From Candidatus Altimarinota bacterium (GTDB lineage Bacteria; Patescibacteriota; Gracilibacteria; 1-14-2-50-48-13), in contig JBKBWQ010000001.1 in assembly GCA_046314355.1 (NCBI GenBank), forward strand, positions 1,555,056 to 1,619,055: DNA of 64,000 nucleotides, written 5' to 3'. The notes below the pieces were generated by a model. That model worked only from the letters and a program-made list of their open reading frames with translations, was not told the DNA's origin and did no database searches. A program made the position numbers and the translations under genes. Positions 32,919-43,281 of this stretch are shown piece by piece. Position 1 is the stretch's first letter; each line of letters begins with the position of its first letter.

Positions 32919-33677
32919 TTACTCGCCTATTCTTTTTAATGTTCTCCAGTCAGTACCTTGATGAAGAGCGATTTGCCCATTTTTTAACTTTGCTAAATGT
33001 ATGTTAGCTTTAAGCTCCTCTGGAGTCCAGTTATGTATTTGCTGCAAGAATGTCTTATACCAATTGCGATGACCAAATACTACAATTGTATCAATCTTAG
33101 GAAACTCTTCATCCAGCGTAGCCAAGAATGCTTCTGCCCTAGCTCCAAGTTTACTTCCTTCTGGTCCGCGTGAAGATTCTTCGTTAAGAGAATTCAGTTC
33201 ACGAAGCTGTATATTAGAGCTAAATAACTCTCCATATATTCTTTCCATTTCTTCAATTGCGTGTTTCCTAGTCTCTATGGCACGAAAACATTCAGATGAG
33301 AAAAAATGCTCCGGACGGAATCTATCAAAATATTCTACTAGTTTTTTTCCTGCTTCCTTTGCTTCCTCAATTCCTTCCTCTGCAAGTAGCATCTCAATAT
33401 CTGTTTTTATTGATGTCAGCGCACTAAGATTTGGGCTAATAATGTGTGGGTTTTTCCCTATGTTTTCTGGGAGAGCCTTGTCTGCTGCGTAAGCTTTATT
33501 CCATTCGCTTGTACCATGTCTTACATAAATGAGTGTCTTTATACGTTCTTTTTCATTTTTTGCTATTTCTTCTACCAAGTTTTTTCCTACATTTTCCAAC
33601 GCAAAATTAGTACTGAGGTTCTGCAGATTACTTTGTTCTCCTAGTAACTTTTCACTATCATACATTTTCTTTTCCAT
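32919..33677 (-). CDS. Histidine phosphatase (phosphoglycerate mutase superfamily)
   Basis: VRHGTSEWN, SS...RAIET, LNEE, VFGH motifs. Confidence 0.85.
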   Translation of the reverse strand: MEKKMYDSEKLLGEQSNLQNLSTNFALENVGKNLVEEIAKNEKERIKTLIYVRHGTSEWNKAYAADKALPENIGKNPHIISPNLSALTSIKTDIEMLLAEEGIEEAKEAGKKLVEYFDRFRPEHFFSSECFRAIETRKHAIEEMERIYGELFSSNIQLRELNSLNEESSRGPEGSKLGARAEAFLATLDEEFPKIDTIVVFGHRNWYKTFLQQIHNWTPEELKANIHLAKLKNGQIALHQGTDWRTLKRIGE

Positions 33678-33916
33678 AAGGGATATGGTGACGGATAGGT
33701 ATAGAAACAGTTAATAAAGGTTCTTGTCTTATTTTAAGCTGAAATAAAATATAATTAAAAATTAATTTTGTCAATGATTGTCATTATTCAAAAAACTAGT
33801 TCCTACTAGTGTGACTCAAAATTCTTTTACACAACTTTATAATACTTTATATGAATACTTTTCAAATAGTGTCTTGAAAAGGAGAAAGTTATTTGATGGG
33901 AAAAGAGTATCAATGT

Positions 33917-34999
33917 TTACTGCTTTAGTTTTTCCACATCCACCACACGGTCATAGCGTCTCTCATCAAAAATGATCGTAGGAATTTTGATAGTCTTCAT
34001 CTCCTTTTCTACAATATGCCTTTGCGATGCAAGTGTACGCTTTACTTCTTCCGATGAAGCTCTGCTTTGAATATCCACAATATCCGCATCACTATAACCA
34101 ATGCTCTTCAAAATCTCGTGAAGTTTTGCAGTTACTTCTGTCTCTGTAAACACATTGTTGATTTGGTACTGAAGTTCTGTATCTTTTCCGTCCTTTCCTA
34201 TGAAAATATATTCAAGAAGCTGCCAATCGGCGGGGACATCTCTCGCGTTCGCCGGAATACTTACTTGTTTGACTGCTTCTAGATAAGAGGCAATTAATGG
34301 AGAGTGTTTGAATTTATATCCACTCTCAGTAGTGGTATCTACTATAGGATAGACAATGTAGCTGAGATTATATTTTTTTTCAAAACCTGCTTCTTTGATA
34401 TTTCGAAAGAGTTTCTGACAAAATATACATCCTGGATCTATAGCCTCAACAGCTATTTTTTTCGATGCATCAAAGGTATGGTAATAAGTAGCACTTGGTG
34501 AAAGATATTCTTCTGCCTTCCAAGTCTGAAATCTAGCAGGTACCCTAGATAATGTATCCGCAAATGTAACAAAAGGCTGAACTGCCCATTCGCCTACTTT
34601 ACCAAACTTGATTGCTGTAGAGAGATCCATCTGGTTTGCGCTGATTCCGCAGGACTCTCCGCCCAGTGAGCAGGACTCAGGTGCTGCTGGATCACAGGTA
34701 TCATAGACAAGGAGGTTGAGTCCCGTAATCATAACACTGATGATGCTCCAGATGGTCGCGATCACGAAAGCAAAGGCTATCCAATCGATCCACTTGCCTA
34801 TGAACTTTGCAAGTCTCGGTCTTGTGAGGATCATTTTTCCTATAATTTTTCCTTTTATTTCCTGAGAAAAATTGATATCGCAGGGTTTGAATGTAAGGCG
34901 TCTCCCTACACAATACCAGGCTTTTCCTGCCAGATTGCGGTAGTAGGTGGAGAAAATACCGAGAATCAGAAATACAATGAATGATGCAATACAGAGCAT
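33917..34999 (-). CDS. Cys-rich membrane protein with C-terminal thioredoxin-fold (DsbA/DsbG-like) domain
   Basis: N-terminal TMs; CDP...ESCSL..ESC; DPGCIFC (CxxC); cis-Pro-like IPTI near C-terminus. Confidence 0.7.
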   Translation of the reverse strand: MLCIASFIVFLILGIFSTYYRNLAGKAWYCVGRRLTFKPCDINFSQEIKGKIIGKMILTRPRLAKFIGKWIDWIAFAFVIATIWSIISVMITGLNLLVYDTCDPAAPESCSLGGESCGISANQMDLSTAIKFGKVGEWAVQPFVTFADTLSRVPARFQTWKAEEYLSPSATYYHTFDASKKIAVEAIDPGCIFCQKLFRNIKEAGFEKKYNLSYIVYPIVDTTTESGYKFKHSPLIASYLEAVKQVSIPANARDVPADWQLLEYIFIGKDGKDTELQYQINNVFTETEVTAKLHEILKSIGYSDADIVDIQSRASSEEVKRTLASQRHIVEKEMKTIKIPTIIFDERRYDRVVDVEKLKQ

Positions 35000-35003
35000 A
35001 AAG

Positions 35004-36206
35004 TTAAGAGTGTTTTAGAAGGAGAGATAAAATATTTATGAAATGGTCTACGTCTTTTTTCGTTGAATGAACACCTAGGCTTACTCTCAAAAGAGGAGGA
35101 TACTTTTTCTTATTCTTGAGATAATAATGGCAGCAGAAATAGCCGCTTCGGCACATAATATTCTGCTCAGCGAGATACAGAGCAAGCTGGTGGGAGTCTA
35201 TTTTCTCAGTATAAAAACTGATAGTAGTAGAAGGTTCTTTATTTATGAGACACACTCCTTCCATACTCTCTACAGCCTTGAATAATTCTTCTCCCAGTTT
35301 TTCTGTAGCTTCTGACTTATACTTCTTTTTCCAACGAATAGCTTCCAGAAGCCCGACAATTCCTGCCCAGTTCTGAAGTCCCGGTTCGAGCAGGGAATGG
35401 AGTTCATTTGGATCTGTGACCAATGAGTAGATATTTTCATGCACGTCCTCTACCGTTCCTCCTCCTATAAAGTAAGGCTCCATGGACTGAAGCAGAGATT
35501 TTTTTATCACAATAAATCCAATGCTTGGTCCATACATCTTATGACCCGATCCGAATGCAGCATCAAAATCTACATTTTTCAGAAGATCTGCATGAAAGGA
35601 AAACATTTGTGCACAATCAAAAAGTGACAGACCTCCATGTTTGTGAATCGTGTCTGCCACTTCCTTTACATTTGTTAAAATACGACCGTCAATATTGGAG
35701 ACAGTATTCACTAGAAGGATATTTTTTCTACTAGGCAGTAGATCGACATCAATACTTCCATCTTCTTTTCTTTCTATGACAGCTCTTTTCTTAGTATTCT
35801 TTTCCGCCCAGGTCATAGTTGGAAGGAAGACAGAGTTATGCTCAATGTCCGAAGTGATAATGCCCTCAAAAGAATGGACAGGGAGCTGATGAAGCACCAT
35901 ATTAATTCCCATGGTGGTATTCAGGGTAAAAACCACTGCATAGTCCCTTTCAGATTTACCTATCAATTTCAAAATTTCTTTTCTTGCCTCTGCTACTTTC
36001 TCATCCACCTTTTGTCCCCATTTATATTTTACTCTTCCTCCGCAGGCATTAAATCCTTCATAATATTCACGTTCAGCATCGATTACTTCTTTAGGACGCA
36101 GCGTTTGGCAGGCACTATCAAAATAATAGCTCTCTGCATGAAGATAGCTAAAACTTCCTTCTCCTTTGATTTCTTCTTTTCGTGCACTATTAAACAATTG
36201 AAACAT
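35004..36206 (-). CDS. SufS/CsdA-like class V PLP enzyme (cysteine desulfurase family)
   Basis: YFDSACQT, FT.NTT.GIN, EHNS, D.AQ, SGHKMYGP, GGGTV, EPG..N, RSGYFCC (catalytic Cys region), RVSLG. Confidence 0.8.
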   Translation of the reverse strand: MFQLFNSARKEEIKGEGSFSYLHAESYYFDSACQTLRPKEVIDAEREYYEGFNACGGRVKYKWGQKVDEKVAEARKEILKLIGKSERDYAVVFTLNTTMGINMVLHQLPVHSFEGIITSDIEHNSVFLPTMTWAEKNTKKRAVIERKEDGSIDVDLLPSRKNILLVNTVSNIDGRILTNVKEVADTIHKHGGLSLFDCAQMFSFHADLLKNVDFDAAFGSGHKMYGPSIGFIVIKKSLLQSMEPYFIGGGTVEDVHENIYSLVTDPNELHSLLEPGLQNWAGIVGLLEAIRWKKKYKSEATEKLGEELFKAVESMEGVCLINKEPSTTISFYTEKIDSHQLALYLAEQNIMCRSGYFCCHYYLKNKKKYPPLLRVSLGVHSTKKDVDHFINILSLLLKHS

Positions 36207-36405
36207 GTGTAGAAGTCTACAAAATGAATAATTGTCTGATCTTTCCATGCACTAAAGAAACAAGACTACTTCATTCTAATGAGAATTGAAAGATATGCAA
36301 TACTGAAAACTTCTACAGGTATATAAAAAAGTCTTCAATTCTATATCAGAATCTGCTAGTAATATTCCCTGGCGTGCCATGTGCTCGAGCAAAGCGAGTA
36401 GTACA

Positions 36406-36482
36406 TGGGGTGAACGATGGGGCTCGAACCCACAACCGTCCGGACCACAACCGGAAGCTCTGCCAATTGAGCTACGTTCACC
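36406..36482 (-). tRNA. tRNA-His (GTG), with G-1 and encoded CCA
   Basis: GGTGAACGTAGCTCAATTGGCAGAGC-TTCCGG-TTGTGGT-CCGGA...GGTTCGAGCCCC-ATCGTTCACCCCA cloverleaf. Confidence 0.95.
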
Positions 36483-36500
36483 ATAAATTTGTGCTCGTAG

Positions 36501-36529
36501 ACTATACAAAATGGCTGTGGAAAATGCAA
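36501..36529 (-). promoter_or_regulatory. tRNA-His promoter TTGCAT-17-TATAGT
   Basis: Upstream of the tRNA 5' end. Confidence 0.55.
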
Positions 36530-36614
36530 GGGAATATTCATCGGGATGCCAAGAAACCTACATCTGAATTGATCAGGTAGTAGGTTTCTTTAGCTATTAG
36601 TAACGATACGAATG

Positions 36615-36806
36615 CTAAGAAGACATTTTATAATCACTTTTCAGATACTCTTCCATCATTTCGATGAATTTTTTACGTTCTTCAGAAAGAGTGCTGATAA
36701 ACTTCATACGAGTTCTGAGCAGTTCTGTAGCATTTTGTATCTCCATTGTACTGGGTTCCAGTGCCTGATTTTTTACTTCAAATAAGATATGAGATTTTTC
36801 CAGCAT
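36615..36806 (-). CDS. Small hypothetical protein directly downstream of uvrA
   Basis: 63-aa ORF starting 4 nt after the uvrA stop. Confidence 0.5.
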   Translation of the reverse strand: MLEKSHILFEVKNQALEPSTMEIQNATELLRTRMKFISTLSEERKKFIEMMEEYLKSDYKMSS

Positions 36807-36810
36807 GATA

Positions 36811-39693
36811 TTATTTTAACATTTTCTTAAGCCATTCTCCTGTATAGCTTTTCTTTACATTGGCTACATCTTCAGGTGTTCCTTCGGCAATGATCTCTCC
36901 ACCTCCAGTGCCTCCGTCAGGACCCAGGTCTATGATCCAGTCTGAGGACTTGATCATATCCATATTATGCTCGATTATAAGGACTGTATTTCCTTTGTCC
37001 ACAAGTTTGTCGAGTACAGAGAGAAGCTTCTTTACGTCATCAAAGTGAAGTCCTGTCGTAGGCTCATCAAGGATATACATAGTTTTTCCGGTTCCTCTTT
37101 TTGCAAGCTCAGTGGCAAGTTTTACTCGCTGCGCTTCACCTCCTGAGAGGGTAGTGGCACTTTGTCCGAGATGGATATATCCGAGACCTACTTCCTCAAG
37201 TGTACGAAGTTTATTCTCGATGCTTGGAATAGCTTTAAAGAATTCATATCCTTCGGAGACCGTCATATCTAGTATCTCTGCAATGTTTTTCCCTCTATAG
37301 GTAATCTCAAGTGCTTCTTCATTATATCTTCGCCCCCTACATACTTCGCAAGGCACATATACATCTGGTAGAAAATGCATTTCGATCTTTTTTAAACCTT
37401 CACCCTGACAAGCCTCACACCGTCCTCCTTTTACATTAAATGAAAATCTTCCGGCATCGTATCCTCGTATCTTTGCTTCATTGGTCTTTGAAAAAATATC
37501 TCTTATATCATTGAATACTCCTGTATATGTTGCGGGATTACTTCTTGGTGTTCGTCCGATAGGGGACTGATCTATGTCGATGAGTTTATCCAGCTGCTGT
37601 ACTCCTTCAATTTTCTTAAATCCAGTAGCGATGGATTGAGCTCCGTTGAGCTCGTGAGCAAGATAGTTCACTAGGATATCATTGATAAGCGTAGATTTTC
37701 CTGAGCCGGATACTCCTGTGATAGCCACCAGCACTCCAAGAGGTATATCAATGCTTACATTTTTAAGGTTATGAAGATTTGCCTCTAGGATTGAGAGAGT
37801 TCTTTTCTTATCTACTTTTCGTCTTTTCTTTGGTACTGGGATACTGATTGCTCCTGAGAGATATTGTCCAGTTACTGAATTTTTGTCTTTCATTACTTCT
37901 GCTGGAGTTCCTTGTGCTATGACAGTACCTCCGTGTACACCGGCTCCTGGACCAATATCTATGAGATAGTCAGATGCCATCATTGTATCTTCATCATGCT
38001 CCACCACGATCACTGTATTTCCAAGATCACGCAGTTCATGCAGAGTCTTGATCAGTCGGTCATTATCTTTCTGATGGAGTCCAATGGATGGTTCATCCAG
38101 TACATACAGTACTCCAAGAAGCTTGGATCCTATCTGTGTTGCGAGCCGTATTCGCTGTGCTTCACCTCCTGAGAGGGTGTTTGCACTTCGGCTGAGGGTC
38201 AGGTAAGAAAGTCCTACATTCAGCAAAAATGAGAGTCTATCCTTTACTTCCTTTAAAATAAGATTTGCAACGACCATTTCATTGTCTGTTAGAGACATGG
38301 CATCAAAGAAATCTACGAGATCTGTGACACTTTTTTCAGTCAGATCAATAATAGAAACTTCTCCTATAGTAATAGAAAGAATTTCAGGTTTCAGTCTTTT
38401 ACCTCCACATGCAGGACATGGAGCGATAGTCATATATTTTTCAATCTTCTTCCGTACAAAATCAGATTCTGTCTCTCTGTATCTTCTCTCAAGATTCGGT
38501 ATCACTCCTTCGTATACCGTAGAGTAATCACCTTTGAGCGTCTCACCTTCAAGCTGGACGGTATACTTTTTATCTCCAGTACCCCAGAGTATTTTATCAA
38601 TAGCTTCCTTTGGGAGATTCTCGAAAGGAATGTTTGTCTTAAATCCTTCTTGATGAGCGACTGCTGTCATGATCCTTGTATACCAATTCATTTGCGTCAT
38701 TGTACTGTTCCATGCATGAACTGCTCCTTCATCGAGAGAAAGCGCTTTATTCGGGATCACAAGCTCCTGGTTTACCTCGAGTTTTGTGCCAAGACCATGA
38801 CATGTCTCACAAGCTCCCTTTGGAGAATTGAAAGAAAACATGCTTGGATCAATCTCAGGAAAACTAATGGCTGGATGATCAGGACAAGCAAAATGTTCAG
38901 AGAAGGTATCTTCTTCTTTTGTGTCATTATCTATTACGGTCATGAGACCTTCACCGAACTTCAGTGCTGTCTCTATAGAATCCGCAAGACGTGTCCGATC
39001 CGGGTTTGGTATTTCTATCTGATCTCCATTGGAGAGTGCCTGATACTTTTTTTCAAAATTCTTTACCACAAGACGGTCAATGACAATCTCAATGGTATGT
39101 TTCTTATTTGGATCAAGCGTGAACTCTTCCGCTATGGTAAATACCTGTCCATCTACTCTGAGACGTACAAAACCGTCTTTCTTTATTTTTTCTAAAACCT
39201 GATTGTGCTCACCTTTTTTTCCACGGATTACTGGTGCAAGAAGCAGGATCTTTTTCCCCTCAGGATAGTTACAGATATAGTTGATGATCTGAGACGCACT
39301 TTGTCTTTCTATAACTTTTCCGCAGACAGGGCAGTGGGGATGTCCTACCTTGGCAAATAAGAGACGAAGATAATCATAGATCTCTGTGACAGTACCTACT
39401 GTACTTCTCGGATTTCTAGGTGCAGTTTTCTGATCGATGGAGATAGCAGGGGAGAGACCTTCAATATGATCTACTTCAGGTTTATCAGTAGTTTGCAGAA
39501 ACTGACGTGCATATGTAGAGAGTGACTCTACATAACGCCGCTGTCCCTCTGCATAAAGTGTATCAAAGGCAAGAGATGATTTTCCCGATCCTGAAAGACC
39601 AGTGATCACAGTCATCTTGTTTCTTGGAATCTCTACGGTGATGTTTTTGAGATTGTGGGTACGCGCTCCTGTTACTTTGATAACGTCTTTCAT
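36811..39693 (-). CDS. uvrA: Excinuclease ABC subunit A
   Basis: GARTHNLKN, two Walker A ([16 protein letters not shown]), LSGGEAQR x2, Zn fingers. Confidence 0.98.
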   Translation of the reverse strand: MKDVIKVTGARTHNLKNITVEIPRNKMTVITGLSGSGKSSLAFDTLYAEGQRRYVESLSTYARQFLQTTDKPEVDHIEGLSPAISIDQKTAPRNPRSTVGTVTEIYDYLRLLFAKVGHPHCPVCGKVIERQSASQIINYICNYPEGKKILLLAPVIRGKKGEHNQVLEKIKKDGFVRLRVDGQVFTIAEEFTLDPNKKHTIEIVIDRLVVKNFEKKYQALSNGDQIEIPNPDRTRLADSIETALKFGEGLMTVIDNDTKEEDTFSEHFACPDHPAISFPEIDPSMFSFNSPKGACETCHGLGTKLEVNQELVIPNKALSLDEGAVHAWNSTMTQMNWYTRIMTAVAHQEGFKTNIPFENLPKEAIDKILWGTGDKKYTVQLEGETLKGDYSTVYEGVIPNLERRYRETESDFVRKKIEKYMTIAPCPACGGKRLKPEILSITIGEVSIIDLTEKSVTDLVDFFDAMSLTDNEMVVANLILKEVKDRLSFLLNVGLSYLTLSRSANTLSGGEAQRIRLATQIGSKLLGVLYVLDEPSIGLHQKDNDRLIKTLHELRDLGNTVIVVEHDEDTMMASDYLIDIGPGAGVHGGTVIAQGTPAEVMKDKNSVTGQYLSGAISIPVPKKRRKVDKKRTLSILEANLHNLKNVSIDIPLGVLVAITGVSGSGKSTLINDILVNYLAHELNGAQSIATGFKKIEGVQQLDKLIDIDQSPIGRTPRSNPATYTGVFNDIRDIFSKTNEAKIRGYDAGRFSFNVKGGRCEACQGEGLKKIEMHFLPDVYVPCEVCRGRRYNEEALEITYRGKNIAEILDMTVSEGYEFFKAIPSIENKLRTLEEVGLGYIHLGQSATTLSGGEAQRVKLATELAKRGTGKTMYILDEPTTGLHFDDVKKLLSVLDKLVDKGNTVLIIEHNMDMIKSSDWIIDLGPDGGTGGGEIIAEGTPEDVANVKKSYTGEWLKKMLK

Positions 39694-39811
39694 GTATTGA
39701 AATTATGTTGAATGTATTTTTCAAGTTAGAACTGAAAAAAGCTTCAAATAAAGCTTTAATCATAATAAGGAAAGCAGGTTTTTTATGCAATGAAAAAACA
39801 AAGAGGATTTA

Positions 39812-40381
39812 TTAATTCAGACTAGCAGTAGTTTCTGAAAGCGGGGTATAAAGCATATCTATATCAAGTATCATCGTATTGTGCCTGATACATTGTCCAT
39901 CAGAGTGTTCTACAATTACTGTAAGAGGTTTTCCATTTGCAGACTTACCCCGCCAACATTCTCCAATTTTAGCGATGAAATGTTTTACCAGTTGATCTCT
40001 TGCTCGGTCACCTGGGCAATATGTAATGAGATGCCCTGCCTTTAAAAAAGGAACATGATAAGGAGCATCACAGGTTGATGAGAAGACACCAGTTTCATTT
40101 AATTCTGTTAGAGTTTTTTCTAATAAAATATCGATCTGTGCTGATTTTTCTTCTCCATCTATAGATGCACCTAAGATGTCTAGAGCTGCTTTTTTATATT
40201 TTGTGATAGTATTTGAAATTTCCTTACTCTTTTTACAAGTATCCTCTTCGATTATTTCCTTTGCTCTCATTACTTTTCCATAAGATGAGTCAAATCTATT
40301 TTCTAGATCTATTTCATCAGGAAGAATATGTGTGTTGTTTTGAATCAAGTTTTTATACGCTGTTTTTTCCATCATTGACAA
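39812..40381 (-). CDS. Hypothetical protein
   Basis: 189-aa ORF; no motif recognised. Confidence 0.6.
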   Translation of the reverse strand: MSMMEKTAYKNLIQNNTHILPDEIDLENRFDSSYGKVMRAKEIIEEDTCKKSKEISNTITKYKKAALDILGASIDGEEKSAQIDILLEKTLTELNETGVFSSTCDAPYHVPFLKAGHLITYCPGDRARDQLVKHFIAKIGECWRGKSANGKPLTVIVEHSDGQCIRHNTMILDIDMLYTPLSETTASLN

Positions 40382-40487
40382 AATATGTAAACAATTCTTA
40401 TTGATAAATTTTCGTGTGCCGATATTAAAGTATAACTGTAAAAAATCAAGTAGAAATGAACATATTTATTTTAGATCAAAAATTTAC

Positions 40488-40515
40488 TTGCGTTTTATTT
40501 TAAAATTCTTATAGT
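40488..40515 (+). promoter_or_regulatory. tRNA-Gly promoter TTGCGT-16-TATAGT
   Basis: Upstream of the tRNA 5' end. Confidence 0.55.
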
Positions 40516-40533
40516 TACCAACGTACGAACTAT

Positions 40534-40609
40534 GCGGGTATAACACAATTGGCTAGTGTAACAGCCTTCCAAGCTGTAAATATGGGTTCGACCCCCATTA
40601 CCCGCTCCA
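40534..40609 (+). tRNA. tRNA-Gly (TCC), CCA encoded
   Basis: GCGGGTA...ACAGC-CTTCCAA-GCTGT...GGTTCGACCCC-TACCCGCTCCA cloverleaf. Confidence 0.95.
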
Positions 40610-40685
40610 AGTATTAAGAATCTAGGTAAAAGCATTACTTCCGCAGGAAGTTATTTTTTTGTATAAAGAAATATTTAAATCAACT

Positions 40686-41531
40686 ATGATCATATCTCGT
40701 AAAGTTTTATTAGTAGTTATTAGCGTACTTGGTGTTCTTCTTGCTCTCTATGCGTTTTACTTTTCGCTCTTTGGACCTGGTGATGAATGGATCAATGGAC
40801 AGATAGGAGTTCCTTTGAAGATGCAGGACGGCAGTGGTGCAAATCTCACTGAGCTACAGGCATATTTTGCAAAAAGTGCTTCAGGTGTAGTTACTCCTAT
40901 AGATATGCCTCAAGGAAATCTTTATAAATATATACGTGTAAGTGAAGATATGCAGGTAGCTCAGATATATAAAGAAGATTCTTGGCTAGAGGATCAGCAG
41001 ATATACCTGAGAACTGAAAAAGGTGCTGAGTGGAAGGAATTATTAGCTCCATTGTCTTCAATGACTATTTCTTTTGAAGGGATAATATATCATAAACAAG
41101 AAGGAAAAATACTGCTTACTGACTGGAAACCCTGGAGTAACTCTGGTCTACTTCGCTATGTTTTGAGTATATTTGATATTACTCAACGCTATGAACGCGG
41201 ATTATATCTTTCTACGTTTGATGGTGAGCTGCAGTATCTGTTTCCTGGAGAATATACTGTGATTTCTCCTGATTCCAAGAAAGTCATATTTGATAGATAT
41301 AGAAATGGTATGTACCATGAGATTATGCTTTGGAATACAGAGAAAGATGTTCTCCAGACGCTTGCAGTGGTGATGGAGAGTGATCCAGGATCAGGAAGAT
41401 CCTTCGAGTATAATTGGAAAGATAATGAGACGCTTTATATCTATGGTGAAAAAGCTTCCATGAACCAGAGAAAATTTGTTCTAGAGTATACCGTGGGTGA
41501 TCCGGTAATAAAAAAGCTGGAGCAGAAATAA
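40686..41531 (+). CDS. Membrane-anchored exported protein, possibly with TolB-like propeller remnants
   Basis: N-terminal TM; ISPDSKKVIF motif; start placed at ATG 40686. Confidence 0.65.
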   Translation: MIISRKVLLVVISVLGVLLALYAFYFSLFGPGDEWINGQIGVPLKMQDGSGANLTELQAYFAKSASGVVTPIDMPQGNLYKYIRVSEDMQVAQIYKEDSWLEDQQIYLRTEKGAEWKELLAPLSSMTISFEGIIYHKQEGKILLTDWKPWSNSGLLRYVLSIFDITQRYERGLYLSTFDGELQYLFPGEYTVISPDSKKVIFDRYRNGMYHEIMLWNTEKDVLQTLAVVMESDPGSGRSFEYNWKDNETLYIYGEKASMNQRKFVLEYTVGDPVIKKLEQK

Positions 41532-41555
41532 TTATAACTATTTTTTTACTTTCTC

Positions 41556-41583
41556 TTGCCAATATTACAGTTTCCATTATAAT
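41556..41583 (+). promoter_or_regulatory. Promoter TTGCCA-16-TATAAT
   Basis: Near-perfect consensus; precedes a non-coding hairpin. Confidence 0.65.
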
Positions 41584-41589
41584 CCGCTA

Positions 41590-41663
41590 AATTTGATCTG
41601 CAGAAACGTATCTTTGTATCTGTCAATTTTATTGATAGATAGGATAGAAAACGGTCTGCTTTG
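41590..41663 (+). ncRNA. Candidate small structured RNA 1 (or leader)
   Basis: Promoter upstream; 11-bp inner stem TATCTGTCAAT/ATTGATAGATA closed by GCAGA/TCTGC; no ORF on this strand. Confidence 0.4.
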
Positions 41664-41688
41664 ACAATAAGGGGTAAAAACATATATT
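41661..41688 (+). promoter_or_regulatory. Promoter TTGACA-16-TATATT
   Basis: Upstream of SD GAGGAG and ATG 41722. Confidence 0.6.
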
Positions 41689-41721
41689 CTAGTTGGAGTT
41701 TCACTCCGAGGAGAACACAAC

Positions 41722-42105
41722 ATGGCAACAGCTCAAAAAAATAATCTTTTCGCAGCATCAGCACCTGTAAGAAGATTCACCGTTCTTAATGGAAGAAAAA
41801 ATGAAGAAGTAAATATGTTGGAAGACAGTATTGTCTTTCTCTTAGCATATTTAACGGTGATACCGGTATTCTTCACTTTTTTATTCGCAAATGTTGAGAG
41901 GTACAATCTTTCAAAAAAGAGAATTGGCGCATTTCTTATGGGTATGGGAGCATATACAGCTCTTATACTCAATTGTTACTACAGTGAACTTGCGCTACAT
42001 TCGCAGTTTGCAGCAGGCTACATCAACTCTCTGGCAATTGTGCCGCTTGTAATGTTGTATCTTGCAAAAAATGGTATCTTCAAAAAAGGTACCAAAGTAA
42101 TATAA
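41722..42105 (+). CDS. Small three-TM membrane protein of unknown function
   Basis: SD GAGGAG; three hydrophobic segments; own terminator. Confidence 0.75.
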   Translation: MATAQKNNLFAASAPVRRFTVLNGRKNEEVNMLEDSIVFLLAYLTVIPVFFTFLFANVERYNLSKKRIGAFLMGMGAYTALILNCYYSELALHSQFAAGYINSLAIVPLVMLYLAKNGIFKKGTKVI

Positions 42106-42148
42106 AAAAATTATTTTTCTTCTTTCCCCTGGAAGAAACGTAATACTG

Positions 42149-42177
42149 AAGCGACACAACGGCGTGTCGCTTTTTTT
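42149..42177 (+). terminator. Intrinsic terminator
   Basis: AAGCGACAC-aacggc-GTGTCGCTTTTTTT. Confidence 0.85.
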
Positions 42178-42225
42178 ATTTAGCCATAGAACTTCCTTTA
42201 GACAATGTAAAGTGTGCAATCCGGC

Positions 42226-42253
42226 TTGTAGTAAGCCTTTTTAAGGATATAGT
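42226..42253 (+). promoter_or_regulatory. Promoter TTGTAG-16-TATAGT
   Basis: Precedes a non-coding terminated unit. Confidence 0.45.
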
Positions 42254-42259
42254 TGGTGA

Positions 42260-42371
42260 GCTGTCTCAAACATTGATCTGCAAAGTACATTCATAGCGAT
42301 ATGGAATAGAAACGCATTGAGCTGTTGCCAATGAGAACGCCCGTAGATCAAAATAATCTGCGGCTTTTTTT
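42260..42371 (+). ncRNA. Candidate small structured RNA 2
   Basis: Promoter and own terminator (CCGTAGAT/ATCTGCGG + T7); TCTCA/TGAGA closing stem; GCGA (GNRA) tetraloop hairpin; no ORF. Confidence 0.5.
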
Positions 42372-42436
42372 AGATTCTTATTGTTTCAGAACAGAGCCTC
42401 CAGTATAGTATATCCAACATATTTTTCTCATAGACT

Positions 42437-43198
42437 ATGAAACTCATCTCTTGGAACGTAAATGGTATCCGCGCAGCTTCTAAAAAAGGCTTCTTTGAAT
42501 TTTTGGATAAGGAAAATCCTGATATTCTTTTTCTGCAGGAGACAAAAGCTCAAGAGGATCAGCTCGATGAGGTGCTTACGAAGCATGCAGTCTACAAGAC
42601 CTATTGGCACTCTGCTGTGAAGAAGGGGTACAGTAGTGTGGCATTATTTACAAAGGAAGAGCCGATCTCGGTACAAAAGGGAATCGGAATAGAGAAGTTT
42701 GATAGCGAAGGGCGAGTGATCCGTGCTGAGTATTCTAAGTTTGTTGTCTATGGTATTTATTTCCCAAATGGAGGAAGACCTGACCGGTTGCCTTACAAAT
42801 ATGAGTTCTATGATACTCTTCTAGATCATTTTATAGCTGATAAAAAAGCAGGAAAAAATGTCTTTATCTGTGGGGACTTCAATGTAGCTCATCAGGAGAT
42901 AGATCTCGCACGTCCAAAGGAGAATGTTAAAACCTCAGGATTCCTTCCTGAAGAGCGTGCTTGGTTTACAAAACTTCTTGATAGCAGATTTGTGGATACG
43001 TTTAGAAAGCTCAATCCTGATTTGCTAGAGAAATATAGCTATTGGGATCAAAGATTTAGAGCACGAGAGCGTAATACAGGATGGAGGATCGATTATTTTG
43101 TCGCTTCAGAGGAGGCTATGCCGATGGTGAAGAGAGCATGGATTATGGATGATGTGCTTGGATCCGATCATTGTCCGGTGGGGATTGAGGTGGAGTAA
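42437..43198 (+). CDS. xth: Exodeoxyribonuclease III / AP endonuclease
   Basis: SWNVNGIRA, LQETK, GYS.VA, YFPNG, GDFNVAH, GWRIDY, SDHCPV. Confidence 0.95.
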   Translation: MKLISWNVNGIRAASKKGFFEFLDKENPDILFLQETKAQEDQLDEVLTKHAVYKTYWHSAVKKGYSSVALFTKEEPISVQKGIGIEKFDSEGRVIRAEYSKFVVYGIYFPNGGRPDRLPYKYEFYDTLLDHFIADKKAGKNVFICGDFNVAHQEIDLARPKENVKTSGFLPEERAWFTKLLDSRFVDTFRKLNPDLLEKYSYWDQRFRARERNTGWRIDYFVASEEAMPMVKRAWIMDDVLGSDHCPVGIEVE

Positions 43199-43241
43199 TC
43201 AGAATATATAGTAGTAATTTATTTTGAAATGATAATTAAAA

Positions 43242-43272
43242 AAATAGCTTCACTTATGTAGTGAAGCTATTT
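43242..43272. terminator. Bidirectional terminator
   Basis: AAATAGCTTCACT-tatgt-AGTGAAGCTATTT. Confidence 0.8.
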
Positions 43273-43281
43273 AGTAATTTT

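Noticed and set aside
36276-36580. ORFs 36276..36509, 36356..36541 and 36374..36580
   Set aside because: They overlap tRNA-His and are spurious.
36406-40609. Prophage or island integrated at tRNA-His or tRNA-Gly
   Set aside because: No integrase, phage genes or duplicated tRNA 3' ends seen.
42260-42371. SRP RNA, 6S RNA or tmRNA assignment
   Set aside because: It lacks the SRP helix-8 consensus and a tRNA-like end, and is shorter than typical 6S; left unassigned.
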